A stretch of 18,444 nt of DNA from Thermoplasmatales archaeon SW_10_69_26 (GCA_003009755.1 PXUB01000015.1:1-18444), one strand, 5' to 3'; numbered from the stretch's first letter, positions 1 to 8,366 are shown. Made by a program: numbers and translations. The notes: generated from the sequence alone by a model not told the origin.

Positions 1-1
1 G

Positions 2-883
2 GTGGTTGACCTCCTCGTAGCTGTCCTGTCCGACGTCGCCGATGAACAGGTCGCCGGTGGCCGGGTCGAAGCTGAACCGCCACGGGTTGCGGAGACCGTA
101 GGCCCAGACCAGGTCGTGGCCGGCCTCGTCGCCGACGAACGGGTTGTCCTCAGGGGCTTGGGCTTGCTCGCCGGCGACGTCCAGGCGTAGCATCGAGCCC
201 AAAAGCGTCGTCGGATCCTGGCCGTTGCCCTCGGGATCGCCGCCGGAGCCGCCGTCGCCGAGACCGTAGTAGAGGTAGCCGTCGGGGCCGAAGGCGATGT
301 TCCCGCCGTTGTGGTTCCCGTAGGGCTGGTCGACGGTGAGCAGAACCTGCCCGTCGGGGGACGGCGAGCCGTTGGGCGGGTCCTCGACGGTGTGGCGGGC
401 CAGCACCGAGTCCCCCTCGGTGTCCGTGTAGCTGGCGTACAGCCGGCCGTTGTCGGCGAATTCGGGGTCGAAGGCCAGACCCAGCAGGCCCTGCTCGCCT
501 CCGGCGTCGGTCTCGTCGGTCAGATCGAGGTAGGGGTCCTCGGCCAGTTGGCCGTCCTGGAGGACCCGGACGCGGCCAGGTTGCTCGAGGACGAACAGGC
601 GACCGGTGCCGTCGCCGGCGTGGGTCGCCAGCGTCGGCCGCTCGAGCCCGGAGACGACCTCATCCAACGCGAGATCGGGCGGCTCGCGGGGCTCGTCGAT
701 CTCGTCGGTCCCGTCGTCGCCCTGGTCGGGGTCCTCGTCCGAGGAGCCCTGGGATCCCCCCCCGCCGGGGTCGTCGGCGTCGGGTCCGCCGGGGATCGAT
801 TGGGCATCGTCGGTGTCCTGGGCGCACCCCGCCACCGGTAGGGCCAACGCCAACGCGAGGGCCAGCAGCCAGCGAGCGCGCAT
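2..883 (-). CDS. PQQ-dependent glucose/sorbosone dehydrogenase family lipoprotein (3' end runs off window)
   Basis: Not in the ORF track because there is no stop in the window. Manual translation from ATG 883: MRARWLLALALALALPVAGC (lipobox), an acidic linker, then GRLFVLEQPGRVRV, GGEQGLLGLAFDPEF, NHNGGNIAFGPDGYLYYGLGDGG, WAYGLRNPWRFSFD and DVGQDSYEEVN, all hallmark GSDH motifs. Confidence 0.92.
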   Translation of the reverse strand, partial: MRARWLLALALALALPVAGCAQDTDDAQSIPGGPDADDPGGGGSQGSSDEDPDQGDDGTDEIDEPREPPDLALDEVVSGLERPTLATHAGDGTGRLFVLEQPGRVRVLQDGQLAEDPYLDLTDETDAGGEQGLLGLAFDPEFADNGRLYASYTDTEGDSVLARHTVEDPPNGSPSPDGQVLLTVDQPYGNHNGGNIAFGPDGYLYYGLGDGGSGGDPEGNGQDPTTLLGSMLRLDVAGEQAQAPEDNPFVGDEAGHDLVWAYGLRNPWRFSFDPATGDLFIGDVGQDSYEEVNH

Positions 884-944
884 CGAGCCCCCATCGTGCC
901 CGGCCCTTGTCTTCCCTGCGACTGGGGAACGTCTCGATGACCCG

Positions 945-1337
945 TCAGAACATCCCATTCCCGTGCGCGATCTCGTCGGGGATCGGTTGCAGCGCGTCCC
1001 AGTGCTCGACGATGCGGTCGTCCTCGTCGAAGCGGAAGATGTCGATGGCCGCGTGGTCGTCGTCGCCGGGCCAGACCTGCTCGCAGTGGAGCACGACGAG
1101 GTTGTCCTCGGCGATCGTCCGGTGGACGTGCACCTCCTTGTCGGGGTAGGCCGCGGCCATCTCCTCGAAGTAGCTGATGAACGCCTCCTTGCCGTCGGGA
1201 ACGTGGGGGTTGTGCTGGGTGTAGGTCCCGCCGACGTAACGCTCGACGGCCTCCCGTGGCTCGCCCTCGGTGAACATCTGCTCGTAGAAGGCGACGGCTC
1301 GCCGCTTACGTCGTTCGAGGCGCTCGTCCCCGGCCAT
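945..1337 (-). CDS. SnoaL-like / NTF2-fold protein
   Basis: 130 aa; YTQHNPHVPDGKEAF, HRTIAEDNLVVLH and DIFRFDEDDRIVEHWD are typical SnoaL-like motifs. Confidence 0.88.
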   Translation of the reverse strand: MAGDERLERRKRRAVAFYEQMFTEGEPREAVERYVGGTYTQHNPHVPDGKEAFISYFEEMAAAYPDKEVHVHRTIAEDNLVVLHCEQVWPGDDDHAAIDIFRFDEDDRIVEHWDALQPIPDEIAHGNGMF

Positions 1338-1407
1338 GCTCCCCCATCGCTTCGCGACGCCTGAAGGTTGGGCTGCCCCTCGAGCGGCGGCGCCTCGGCG
1401 TAGCCTC

Positions 1408-1413
1408 TTTAAG
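1408..1413 (+). promoter_or_regulatory. Archaeal TATA box of tyrS (probably leaderless transcript)
   Basis: TTTAAG in very GC-rich context, 23-28 nt before ATG 1436; no SD visible. Confidence 0.6.
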
Positions 1414-1435
1414 CACCGGCCGCCTGCTCGCCGTG

Positions 1436-2479
1436 ATGCCGTCGGACGCCTTCGAGCTGGTGACCCGCAACACCGAGGAGGTCGTCACCGAGGGGGACCT
1501 CGAGGACGCCCTCGACCGCGGGGAGCCGGCCGCCTACATCGGGTTCGAGCCCTCCGGCACGGCCCACCTCGGTTGGCTGATCTGTGCCCGCAAGATCCGG
1601 GACCTGCAGGAGGCCGGGTTCGAGGTCACCATCCTGTTGGCCGACTGGCACGCGCAGATCAACGACAAGCTCGACGGCGACCTGGAGCGCATCCAGGCCT
1701 GCGGACGCTACATGGAGGAGGCGATGGAGGCGCTGGGCGTGCGAGAGGACGCCAACTTCGTGTACGCCAGCGACTGGGTGGCCGACCCCGACTACTGGGC
1801 CACCGTGCTCCGCGTGGGCAAGTCCTCGACGCTGAACCGCATCAAGCGCGCCATGACGATCATGGGCCGCGAAGCCGAGGACGCCGACCTCGACTACGGC
1901 AAGACGATCTACCCCGCGATGCAGGTCGCCGACATCTACTACGGCGACTTCGACGTCGCGCTTGGAGGCATGGACCAGCGCCACGCCCACATGCTGGCCC
2001 GCGACGTCGCCAGCAAGCTCGACGGGGAGCCGCCGGTCGCCATCCACACGCCGCTGCTGCCCGGGCTGACCGAGGCCGGGGCCCGCATGGACCCGACCGA
2101 GGCCAAGATGAGCAAGTCCGAGCCCGAGACCGGCGTCTTCCTCCACGACGAGCCCGGGGAGGTCGAGGCCAAGATCGAGGACGCCTACTGCCCGGGCGGC
2201 CAGGTCGAGGACAACCCGGTGCTCGCGCTGCTCGAGATGGTGATCTGGCCGGAGATCGAGGACGCCTTCGTCGTCGAGCGCCCCGAAGAGTACGGGGGCG
2301 ACCTCGTGTTCGAGACGTTCGACGAGGTCGAGGCGGCCTTCGACGACGGCGAGCTGCATCCCCTCGACCTCAAGCAGGCCGTCGGGGCCGAGCTCAACGC
2401 CGTCCTCGACCAGGTGCGCGAGCACTTCGAGGCCAACCCCGAGGGCATCGAGGCGCTCGACGAGGCGCTCGAACGCTGA
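1436..2479 (+). CDS. tyrS: Tyrosine--tRNA ligase, archaeal type
   Basis: AYIGFEPSG, HIGH-like HLGW, LADWHA, IYPAMQVADI, GGMDQRHAH, KMSKS, AYCP and LHPLDLK. ATG 1436 preferred; GTG 1433 is the alternative. Confidence 0.96.
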   Translation: MPSDAFELVTRNTEEVVTEGDLEDALDRGEPAAYIGFEPSGTAHLGWLICARKIRDLQEAGFEVTILLADWHAQINDKLDGDLERIQACGRYMEEAMEALGVREDANFVYASDWVADPDYWATVLRVGKSSTLNRIKRAMTIMGREAEDADLDYGKTIYPAMQVADIYYGDFDVALGGMDQRHAHMLARDVASKLDGEPPVAIHTPLLPGLTEAGARMDPTEAKMSKSEPETGVFLHDEPGEVEAKIEDAYCPGGQVEDNPVLALLEMVIWPEIEDAFVVERPEEYGGDLVFETFDEVEAAFDDGELHPLDLKQAVGAELNAVLDQVREHFEANPEGIEALDEALER

Positions 2480-2532
2480 GCGTGCCCGACGTGAGCCGGT
2501 AGACCCTTGACCCAGCGAGGGGGTTGTCGCTC

Positions 2533-2652
2533 GTGGACCTGCGCGAGCTGCTCACCGAGCCCGCCGAGATCCCCCGCTGGGGCGTGCTCGCCGCCAGCCT
2601 CGCGCTCGTGGCCGTTGCCCTCCTCCTCGAAGCCCTTTTGTCGGGGGTCTGA
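2533..2652 (+). CDS. Small single-pass membrane protein (39 aa)
   Basis: GTG...TGA ORF MDLRELLTEPAEIPRWGVLAASLALVAVALLLEALLSGV, with host-like codon usage and one clear TM helix. It ends 10 nt before the next ATG and is below the ORF-track length cutoff. Confidence 0.6.
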   Translation: MDLRELLTEPAEIPRWGVLAASLALVAVALLLEALLSGV

Positions 2653-2662
2653 TTCGCGAGCG

Positions 2663-2989
2663 ATGGCGCCGACGGCCCGCTGGCTGGCGGCCCCGATCGC
2701 CTTCGCCTGGACCGCCGCTGGCTGGGCGACGTCCAGCTGGGCCACCGGCACCACCGCCGACGTCGGCCGGCTTCTTTGGAGCCTGCCCTACCTGTCGGTC
2801 TTCTGGGGCGGCTGGCTGGCGATCCCCGTGCTGGGCGTGGGCGCCACGTTCGCCCAGCCCATGTTGCCCGAGCGCTGGCGGGCGCCCGTGCGCGGCTGGT
2901 TCGTCGGCTGGCTGTTGGCCTGGATCGGCGTGCTCGCGGCCGTCTGGTGGCTGGGCCCGCCGCCCGGGTTCGAGGCGGTGCCGACGTAG
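2663..2989 (+). CDS. Hypothetical Trp-rich membrane protein (108 aa, about 3 TM)
   Basis: ATG 2663 lies inside track ORF 2507..2989. Hydrophobic segments WLAAPIAFAWTAAGW, YLSVFWGGWLAIPVLGVGATFA and GWFVGWLLAWIGVLAAVWWL. Confidence 0.72.
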   Translation: MAPTARWLAAPIAFAWTAAGWATSSWATGTTADVGRLLWSLPYLSVFWGGWLAIPVLGVGATFAQPMLPERWRAPVRGWFVGWLLAWIGVLAAVWWLGPPPGFEAVPT

Positions 2990-3056
2990 CGCGAGCGCGT
3001 CTCGGGCGTTGTCACGGGGCGTTGCCTCCCTGCGCAGGACCTGGGTTACGCGGGGG

Positions 3057-3097
3057 GAAAGCTTATTCCCTGGCTGGGTTCGTCTGGAGCTAGGAGG
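3057..3097 (+). promoter_or_regulatory. BRE/TATA-like element and Shine-Dalgarno for the secreted protein gene
   Basis: GAAAG-CTTATT at 3057-3067, and AGGAGG at 3092-3097, 7 nt before GTG 3105. Confidence 0.5.
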
Positions 3098-3104
3098 CAC
3101 AAGA

Positions 3105-4010
3105 GTGGCAGCTCGCGTTCGCGTCCTTGCCCTTGCTCTGCTGTTGGTGACCGTTCCGATGCTGGGTGCTCTCGCTCACTCACCCAGCGACGATGCCGGT
3201 AGTGGCGACGATGCCCCAGATGAGCGGTCCGATGCGGTGAACGCCAGACCCGGGAGCTTCGTCGGCAACCTCACACCGGGATCGTACGAGGACGACCATC
3301 ACGACGACTACAGCAGCTACGAGGACGACGACATCACCCGCGACCACGACTGGTACCGGGTGAACACGACCGAGGACGCCCAAGAACCGAGCTGCACGCG
3401 GGCCGACTACGAGCTCGACAACCAGCCGAACAACGACACCCGCATCCACATCGAGCAGCCCGCCCTCGAGGAGGCGCACATCGACCAGCGCGTGACCGGC
3501 GGCGGCACGATGGCGATGGTCGGACCCAGCGCCTCCGGCGCGCTCGTCGGCCTGTCCTCCGCCGACACGCCGCACGTCACCGGCTACGAGGTCACCACGG
3601 ACGTGATCACGCTTTCCGACGTCCAGGAGACCGGCGGCAGCGGCGGCACCGCGGACACGATCCCCGCTCCGTGCTTCGGTGGCACGCTCGAGGACTGGGA
3701 GGTCCACGAGTGGACCTTCGAGGCCAACGCCGGCGAGGTGCTGTGGGTCACCTTCGGCACCGAGCTCGACCGCAGGGACGACCTCGTGCTCGAGGCGCCC
3801 GACGGGACCGAGATCGGCTCGATCACCTCCGGCGACGAGGTCGCCATCGGCGGCGCCGTGCTCGACGAGGCGGGCAACTACACGATCAGCGCCGAGGCCG
3901 GCGATAGCGGCCTGCTGACGATCACATCCTCCACCTACATCGCGGGGTTCATGCTCGAAGGTCCCGAGGAGGAAGAGGAGGACCCCTGCAGCCCGAACTG
4001 CATGAGCTGA
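3105..4010 (+). CDS. Secreted acidic protein with probable PPC-like beta-sandwich repeat(s)
   Basis: Signal peptide MAARVRVLALALLLVTVPMLGALA; DDAGSGDDAPD motif; GNL..DHDWYRV and GTL..HEWTFEANAGEVLWVTF..LVLEAPDG..GNYTISAE resemble pre-peptidase C-terminal (PPC) domains. Confidence 0.7.
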   Translation: MAARVRVLALALLLVTVPMLGALAHSPSDDAGSGDDAPDERSDAVNARPGSFVGNLTPGSYEDDHHDDYSSYEDDDITRDHDWYRVNTTEDAQEPSCTRADYELDNQPNNDTRIHIEQPALEEAHIDQRVTGGGTMAMVGPSASGALVGLSSADTPHVTGYEVTTDVITLSDVQETGGSGGTADTIPAPCFGGTLEDWEVHEWTFEANAGEVLWVTFGTELDRRDDLVLEAPDGTEIGSITSGDEVAIGGAVLDEAGNYTISAEAGDSGLLTITSSTYIAGFMLEGPEEEEEDPCSPNCMS

Positions 4011-4107
4011 GCCCATGCCATCCCCACAGTGTCCGATCGCGCGAGGACCCGCCGCCCACAGGGAGCGCGACCCACCTCTGCATCCTGCTGGTTTGGACGT
4101 AAGTGTC

Positions 4108-4176
4108 TTTAAGCCGTGCCGCCCGGCTGGAGGTCCAGAAAGTGATGGCCTGGCCCACAGACGGACGAGGAGGTGA
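4108..4176 (+). promoter_or_regulatory. TATA box and strong SD for the kinase-FHA operon
   Basis: TTTAAG at 4108-4113; GAGGAGGTGA at 4167-4176. Confidence 0.6.
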
Positions 4177-4182
4177 ACAACG

Positions 4183-6258
4183 ATCGCACCCCTTCCATTC
4201 CTAGACATCTCCGCCCTCTGGTCGATCGTCAGCGGCATCGCGGTCTTCCTCCTCGGCTGCTACGCGCTCCGAGGCGGGAGGGCGCGGCCACGGGGAGGGC
4301 TCGCGTTCGGGCTCTTCGCCATCGCCTGGGGCGTCCAAGTCACCGCCATCAACGCTGCCTCTATCGTCGAGCCCGCCATGGCCGAGCAGCTCTACCTCGT
4401 CTCCCTCGTGGGGCTCTTCTTCCTCCCCTACTTCCTCATCGAGTTCTCCGCCTCCCAGACGGACCGGAGGGGAAGGACGACGGGATGGTACCTGCTCAGA
4501 GGTGGCGCGGCCCTCGTCGCGTTCGTCTCGGCGGGGACCCTCGTGCTGGCCCCCGATCTCCTCTTCCAGGGCATCAACCTGGCCAACGGAACCGTATACC
4601 CCCTCTGGGGCCCTCTCTTCGCCCCGCTCATCAACCTCCCCTTGTTCACCGCCTTCGGGCTCGCGGTCATCGGCCTCCAGTCCGGGTTGAGCTCCTCGCC
4701 GACCGAACGGACCGAGAGGGTTCAACTCTACATGCTGGGGGGCTTGGCCCTCTACGTCGCCTACACCGCCTCGTACAACCTCCTCCTGTTCTCTAACCTG
4801 ACGCTCTCGCTTGGGCTCTCATTCGAGCGGGTGCTGTACGTCCTCATCTTCGCCTTCCTTTCCGCCCTCGTCCTCGCGGTCGGTTGGAAGAACCTTCGTC
4901 GATGGGGGAAGGGCGATGGCCACGGTCAGCGGCAGGCGCGATGGTTGGCTCTCGCCTTCCTGGTGCCCTTCGCCAGCGCCATCCTCGTTCGGGGTGTGCG
5001 AGCCTTGGGCGCCGTCGGCTTCAACCTCGTCGGCGTCTTCCGTTTGGCCGGCGTCGGCGTCATCACGTACGGCTTCGCCCGTCGCCGCCTGTACGACCTT
5101 CCGCAGCGCGTTCGGCGGACGGGCGCCACCGCGACCGGCTCGGTCAGCGCCCTGGCGGCCGGCGGCACCGCGTTCGGGTTCGCCAGCGTCCTCTCCGGCG
5201 GCCTCGCCTTGCCGATCCTGGCGGGCGTGGCCGCGACGGGCGCGACGGCGATGCCGGCGCTGAAGTGGGCCCGTCGGCTGTTCTCGGCCGGGGACGAGGA
5301 CAACCCGGTCGACGAGGCCGAGGACCTGTACGAGCAGAAGATCGAGACCTACCGCGCCGCGCTCGAGGACGCGATGGCGCGGGACACGATCGAGGAGGAC
5401 GAGCCGTTCCTGACGGGCCTGCGCGAGCGGTTCGGCATCTCCGACGAGGAGGATCGCATCCTGCGCTACTACGCCCGCAAGTCGACCGTTCCGCGCCGGG
5501 AGGGCGACCCGGACACGGCTTACGAGCGGTTGCGGATCCTCGGCGAGGGCGGCGCGGGGCGCACGTGGCTGGCCCGCGACCGTTCGCGCGATCGACTCGC
5601 CGTGGTGAAGGAGCCCTTGGAGAAATGGCACAGCGAACCCTCCGTGCTCGAGGCGGCCCGCCGCGAGGCGCGCTTGGCCGCCAAGGTCCGCCACCCGAAC
5701 GTCGTCGAGGTCGAGGAGGTGCTCGAGGACGAGGGCCGCCCCCTGCTCGTCATGGAGCACGTCACCGGCGGCTCGCTGGCGGACAAGCTTCGCCAGAGGG
5801 GCACGCTGGAGCCCCGCCAGGCGCTGAAGCTTGGCTACGATCTGGCCCAGGGCCTGCAAGCCATCCACGAGGCCGGCATCGTGCACCGCGATCTGACGCC
5901 CGACAACGTCCTGTTGACCGAGGACGGGCGGGCCCGCATCACGGACTTCGGGCTCGCGCGGACCCAGGACAGCTCGGGCACCCAGCTCCTCGAAGACGAG
6001 GCCGGCACGAAGGGCTACCAGGCCCCCGAGGCGGCCCACGGCAGCGACGATCCGACCGTGGACGTGTACGGGTTGGCCGCGATCATGCACACGTGCCTGT
6101 ACGGCAGCCCGCCGGTCCAAGGCACGATCCAGGTCGAGACCGAGGTCCCCCGCGAGCTGCAGGAGGCCATCGACCGCGGCCTGCAACCCGATCCCGACGA
6201 GCGGTACCCGAACGCGGCGACCTTCGCCGACCGGCTGGAGACGCTGGTGGAACGATGA
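4183..6258 (+). CDS. Multi-pass membrane Hanks-type serine/threonine protein kinase
   Basis: C-terminal kinase: LGEGGAG, VVK, alphaC REAR, HPNVV, HRDLTPDN, DFGLAR, GTKGYQAPE, DVYGLA, PDERY. About 11 hydrophobic segments lie N-terminal. The frame is open from 4177 and has two extra TM helices before the first ATG (4378). The start at ATC 4183 is inferred from SD spacing. Confidence 0.9.
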   Translation: MAPLPFLDISALWSIVSGIAVFLLGCYALRGGRARPRGGLAFGLFAIAWGVQVTAINAASIVEPAMAEQLYLVSLVGLFFLPYFLIEFSASQTDRRGRTTGWYLLRGGAALVAFVSAGTLVLAPDLLFQGINLANGTVYPLWGPLFAPLINLPLFTAFGLAVIGLQSGLSSSPTERTERVQLYMLGGLALYVAYTASYNLLLFSNLTLSLGLSFERVLYVLIFAFLSALVLAVGWKNLRRWGKGDGHGQRQARWLALAFLVPFASAILVRGVRALGAVGFNLVGVFRLAGVGVITYGFARRRLYDLPQRVRRTGATATGSVSALAAGGTAFGFASVLSGGLALPILAGVAATGATAMPALKWARRLFSAGDEDNPVDEAEDLYEQKIETYRAALEDAMARDTIEEDEPFLTGLRERFGISDEEDRILRYYARKSTVPRREGDPDTAYERLRILGEGGAGRTWLARDRSRDRLAVVKEPLEKWHSEPSVLEAARREARLAAKVRHPNVVEVEEVLEDEGRPLLVMEHVTGGSLADKLRQRGTLEPRQALKLGYDLAQGLQAIHEAGIVHRDLTPDNVLLTEDGRARITDFGLARTQDSSGTQLLEDEAGTKGYQAPEAAHGSDDPTVDVYGLAAIMHTCLYGSPPVQGTIQVETEVPRELQEAIDRGLQPDPDERYPNAATFADRLETLVER

Positions 6259-6965
6259 CCGAGGTGCAACGAGAGGAGGACGACGACCTGCAGGAGCTCT
6301 CCGAGGTCCTCTTCGCGCTCGCGAACGCCCGCCGGCTGCGCATCCTGCACGAGGTCGACGAGCCGGAGACACGCACCGAGCTGGCCGACCGCATGGACGT
6401 CTCCCGGCAGGCGATCAGCAAGCACATCGACAAGCTGCTCGAGCACGGGTTCGTCCGCCAGTTGCCGGGATGGCGGGAGTCCGGCCCGGTGGACGAGTTC
6501 CAGGTCGATCCCAAGCGCCTGTACGCCATCGGCAAGGAGATCGCCGACCTCGGCCACCTCGAACCGAAGGGGGGCCCCGAGCTAACCGACGCCCAGGCCA
6601 CGGAGATCCGCGCCGACAGCATCGATGACGACAGCCCGACCTCGAAGGGCAGCTCGGCCCAAGCCCACCTGCTGGTGCTGGACGGGCCCGAGGAGGGCGA
6701 CCGCTTCGTGCTCGCGGGCGAGCAGGATCGCTGGACGATCGGCCGCGAGGAGGATCGGGATCTGTGCCTGGACCACGACCCATACATCTCCGGCAGCCAG
6801 TTCGAGATCCAGGCCACGCCGGACGGTCACGCGGTCGTCGACGTCTACAGCTCCAACGGTACCTACGTGAACTTCGGCCAGCTCCCGGAAGGGGGGCGCA
6901 CGGCCCTCGAGCCCGGGGACGTGGTCCGCATCGGGCGCACCTCGCTCGTCTACCAGCGGCGCTGA
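6255..6965 (+). CDS. ArsR-like winged-HTH + FHA domain transcriptional regulator (236 aa)
   Basis: ATGA overlap with the kinase stop. HTH: LFALANARRLRIL..TRTELADRMDVSRQAISKHIDKLLEHGFV. FHA: WTIGR..DPYIS..DVYSSNGTYVN..LEPGDVVRIGRTSL. Confidence 0.9.
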   Translation: MTEVQREEDDDLQELSEVLFALANARRLRILHEVDEPETRTELADRMDVSRQAISKHIDKLLEHGFVRQLPGWRESGPVDEFQVDPKRLYAIGKEIADLGHLEPKGGPELTDAQATEIRADSIDDDSPTSKGSSAQAHLLVLDGPEEGDRFVLAGEQDRWTIGREEDRDLCLDHDPYISGSQFEIQATPDGHAVVDVYSSNGTYVNFGQLPEGGRTALEPGDVVRIGRTSLVYQRR

Positions 6966-6992
6966 CGAGCGCGGGGGTCCCAGCCCACGAGC

Positions 6993-8366
6993 TCAGGCGT
7001 GGCCGGTGTCCGCGAGCACGCGATCCACGAGCTGGGGCGCCATGCCCAGGTAGTTCGTCGGATCGAGCCACGCGTCGAGTTGATCGGCGTCCACGACCTT
7101 GTCGACCTCGTCGAAAGCGAGCAACGCCTGGCGGAAGCTGGCTCGATCCTCGGCGTCGAGCGAGGCCTGGCGGACGACCTCGTGAGCGCGTTGCCGGGGC
7201 ACGCCACGCTCGGCGAGCTGGACGACGACGCGCTCGGCCGTGATCGTCGGCGTCAGCTCGAGGTTGTCCTTCATGCGCTCTGGGTCGACCTGCAGATCGC
7301 GGAACACGGTCGCCGAGACCGACAGGGCCTCGTGCGTGAGCGTGAACAGGTGGGGCAGGATGAAGCGCTCGCTGCTGGAGTTGGCCAGGTCGCGCTCGTG
7401 CCACTGGACGGCGTTCGCGTAGGCCGGATCGAGGAAAGCCCGCGCCGTGCGGGCGAGCCCGCACACCTTCTCCGAGCTGATCGGGTTCTTCTTCTGGGCC
7501 ATCGTGGAGGATCCGACCTGGCTGTCCTCCTCGAAGCCCTCGGCCGCCTCGCCGATCTCGTTGCGCTGCAGGTTGCGGATCTCGGTCGCGAACTTCTCCA
7601 GGCTCGTCACGATGTTGACGAGCTGGGCGAACAGCTCGTTGTAGCGGTCGCGGGCGACGATCTGGGTCGGGGCGATCTCCATCTCGAGGTCGAGGATGTC
7701 GCCGACGGCTTCCTCGATGGCGAAGGCGTCCTCGCCGAACCCGGCGCCGGTGCCGACGGCGCCCATCATCTTGCCGACGACCTCCTCCTCGCGGGCCTGC
7801 TGTAGCCGTTCGCGGTGGCGGTGGATCTCCTGCAGGTAGGTCGCCATCTTGTAGCCGAAGGTCGTCGGGACGGCGTGCTGGCCGTGCGTGCGCCCGGGGC
7901 AGGCGGTGTCCCGGTGCTCGCGCGCCAGCTCGGCCAGCGCCTCCTCGAGCCGGTCGAGCTCCTCCTCGATCAGGGCGAGGCCCTCGCGCATCATCAACGC
8001 GTTCGCGGTGTCGATGATGTCGTAGCTGGTCGCCCCCAGGTGCACGTGGGACCCGGCATCGCCCTCACAGGCTTCGCTGAGGGCTTCGACGACGGCCATG
8101 AGATCGTGCTTGATCTCGGCCTCGATCTCCTTGACGCGCTCGGGGTCGACGTGGTCGAGGGTCGCCTTCGCCTCGATCTCCTCGGCGGCCTCGTCCGGCA
8201 CGGTGCCCACGCGGGCGTGAGCTCGGGCGAGAGCTGCCTCCACCTCGAGCAGACGGGCGAGCTTGCCTTCTTCGCTGAACGCGGCCTTGATCTCGGGGCC
8301 CCCGTAGCGGAAGTCCAGGGGGCAAAGCGGCTCTGGCGATGGGCTCGTCCGTGGGGCCTGGCCCAT
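6993..8366 (-). CDS. purB: Adenylosuccinate lyase
   Basis: CPLDFRYG, KHDLMAVV, HLGATSYDIIDT, GRTHGQHAVPTTFG, GAVGT, signature GSSTMAQKKNP and HERDLANSSSER. Start placed at ATG 8366 rather than 8570. Confidence 0.95.
   Translation of the reverse strand: MGQAPRTSPSPEPLCPLDFRYGGPEIKAAFSEEGKLARLLEVEAALARAHARVGTVPDEAAEEIEAKATLDHVDPERVKEIEAEIKHDLMAVVEALSEACEGDAGSHVHLGATSYDIIDTANALMMREGLALIEEELDRLEEALAELAREHRDTACPGRTHGQHAVPTTFGYKMATYLQEIHRHRERLQQAREEEVVGKMMGAVGTGAGFGEDAFAIEEAVGDILDLEMEIAPTQIVARDRYNELFAQLVNIVTSLEKFATEIRNLQRNEIGEAAEGFEEDSQVGSSTMAQKKNPISSEKVCGLARTARAFLDPAYANAVQWHERDLANSSSERFILPHLFTLTHEALSVSATVFRDLQVDPERMKDNLELTPTITAERVVVQLAERGVPRQRAHEVVRQASLDAEDRASFRQALLAFDEVDKVVDADQLDAWLDPTNYLGMAPQLVDRVLADTGHA

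Noticed and set aside
4884-6254. Long N-terminal extension making the HTH-FHA protein 693 aa
   Set aside because: Arg/Gly/Pro-rich off-frame read of the kinase; the ATGA overlap defines the start at 6255.
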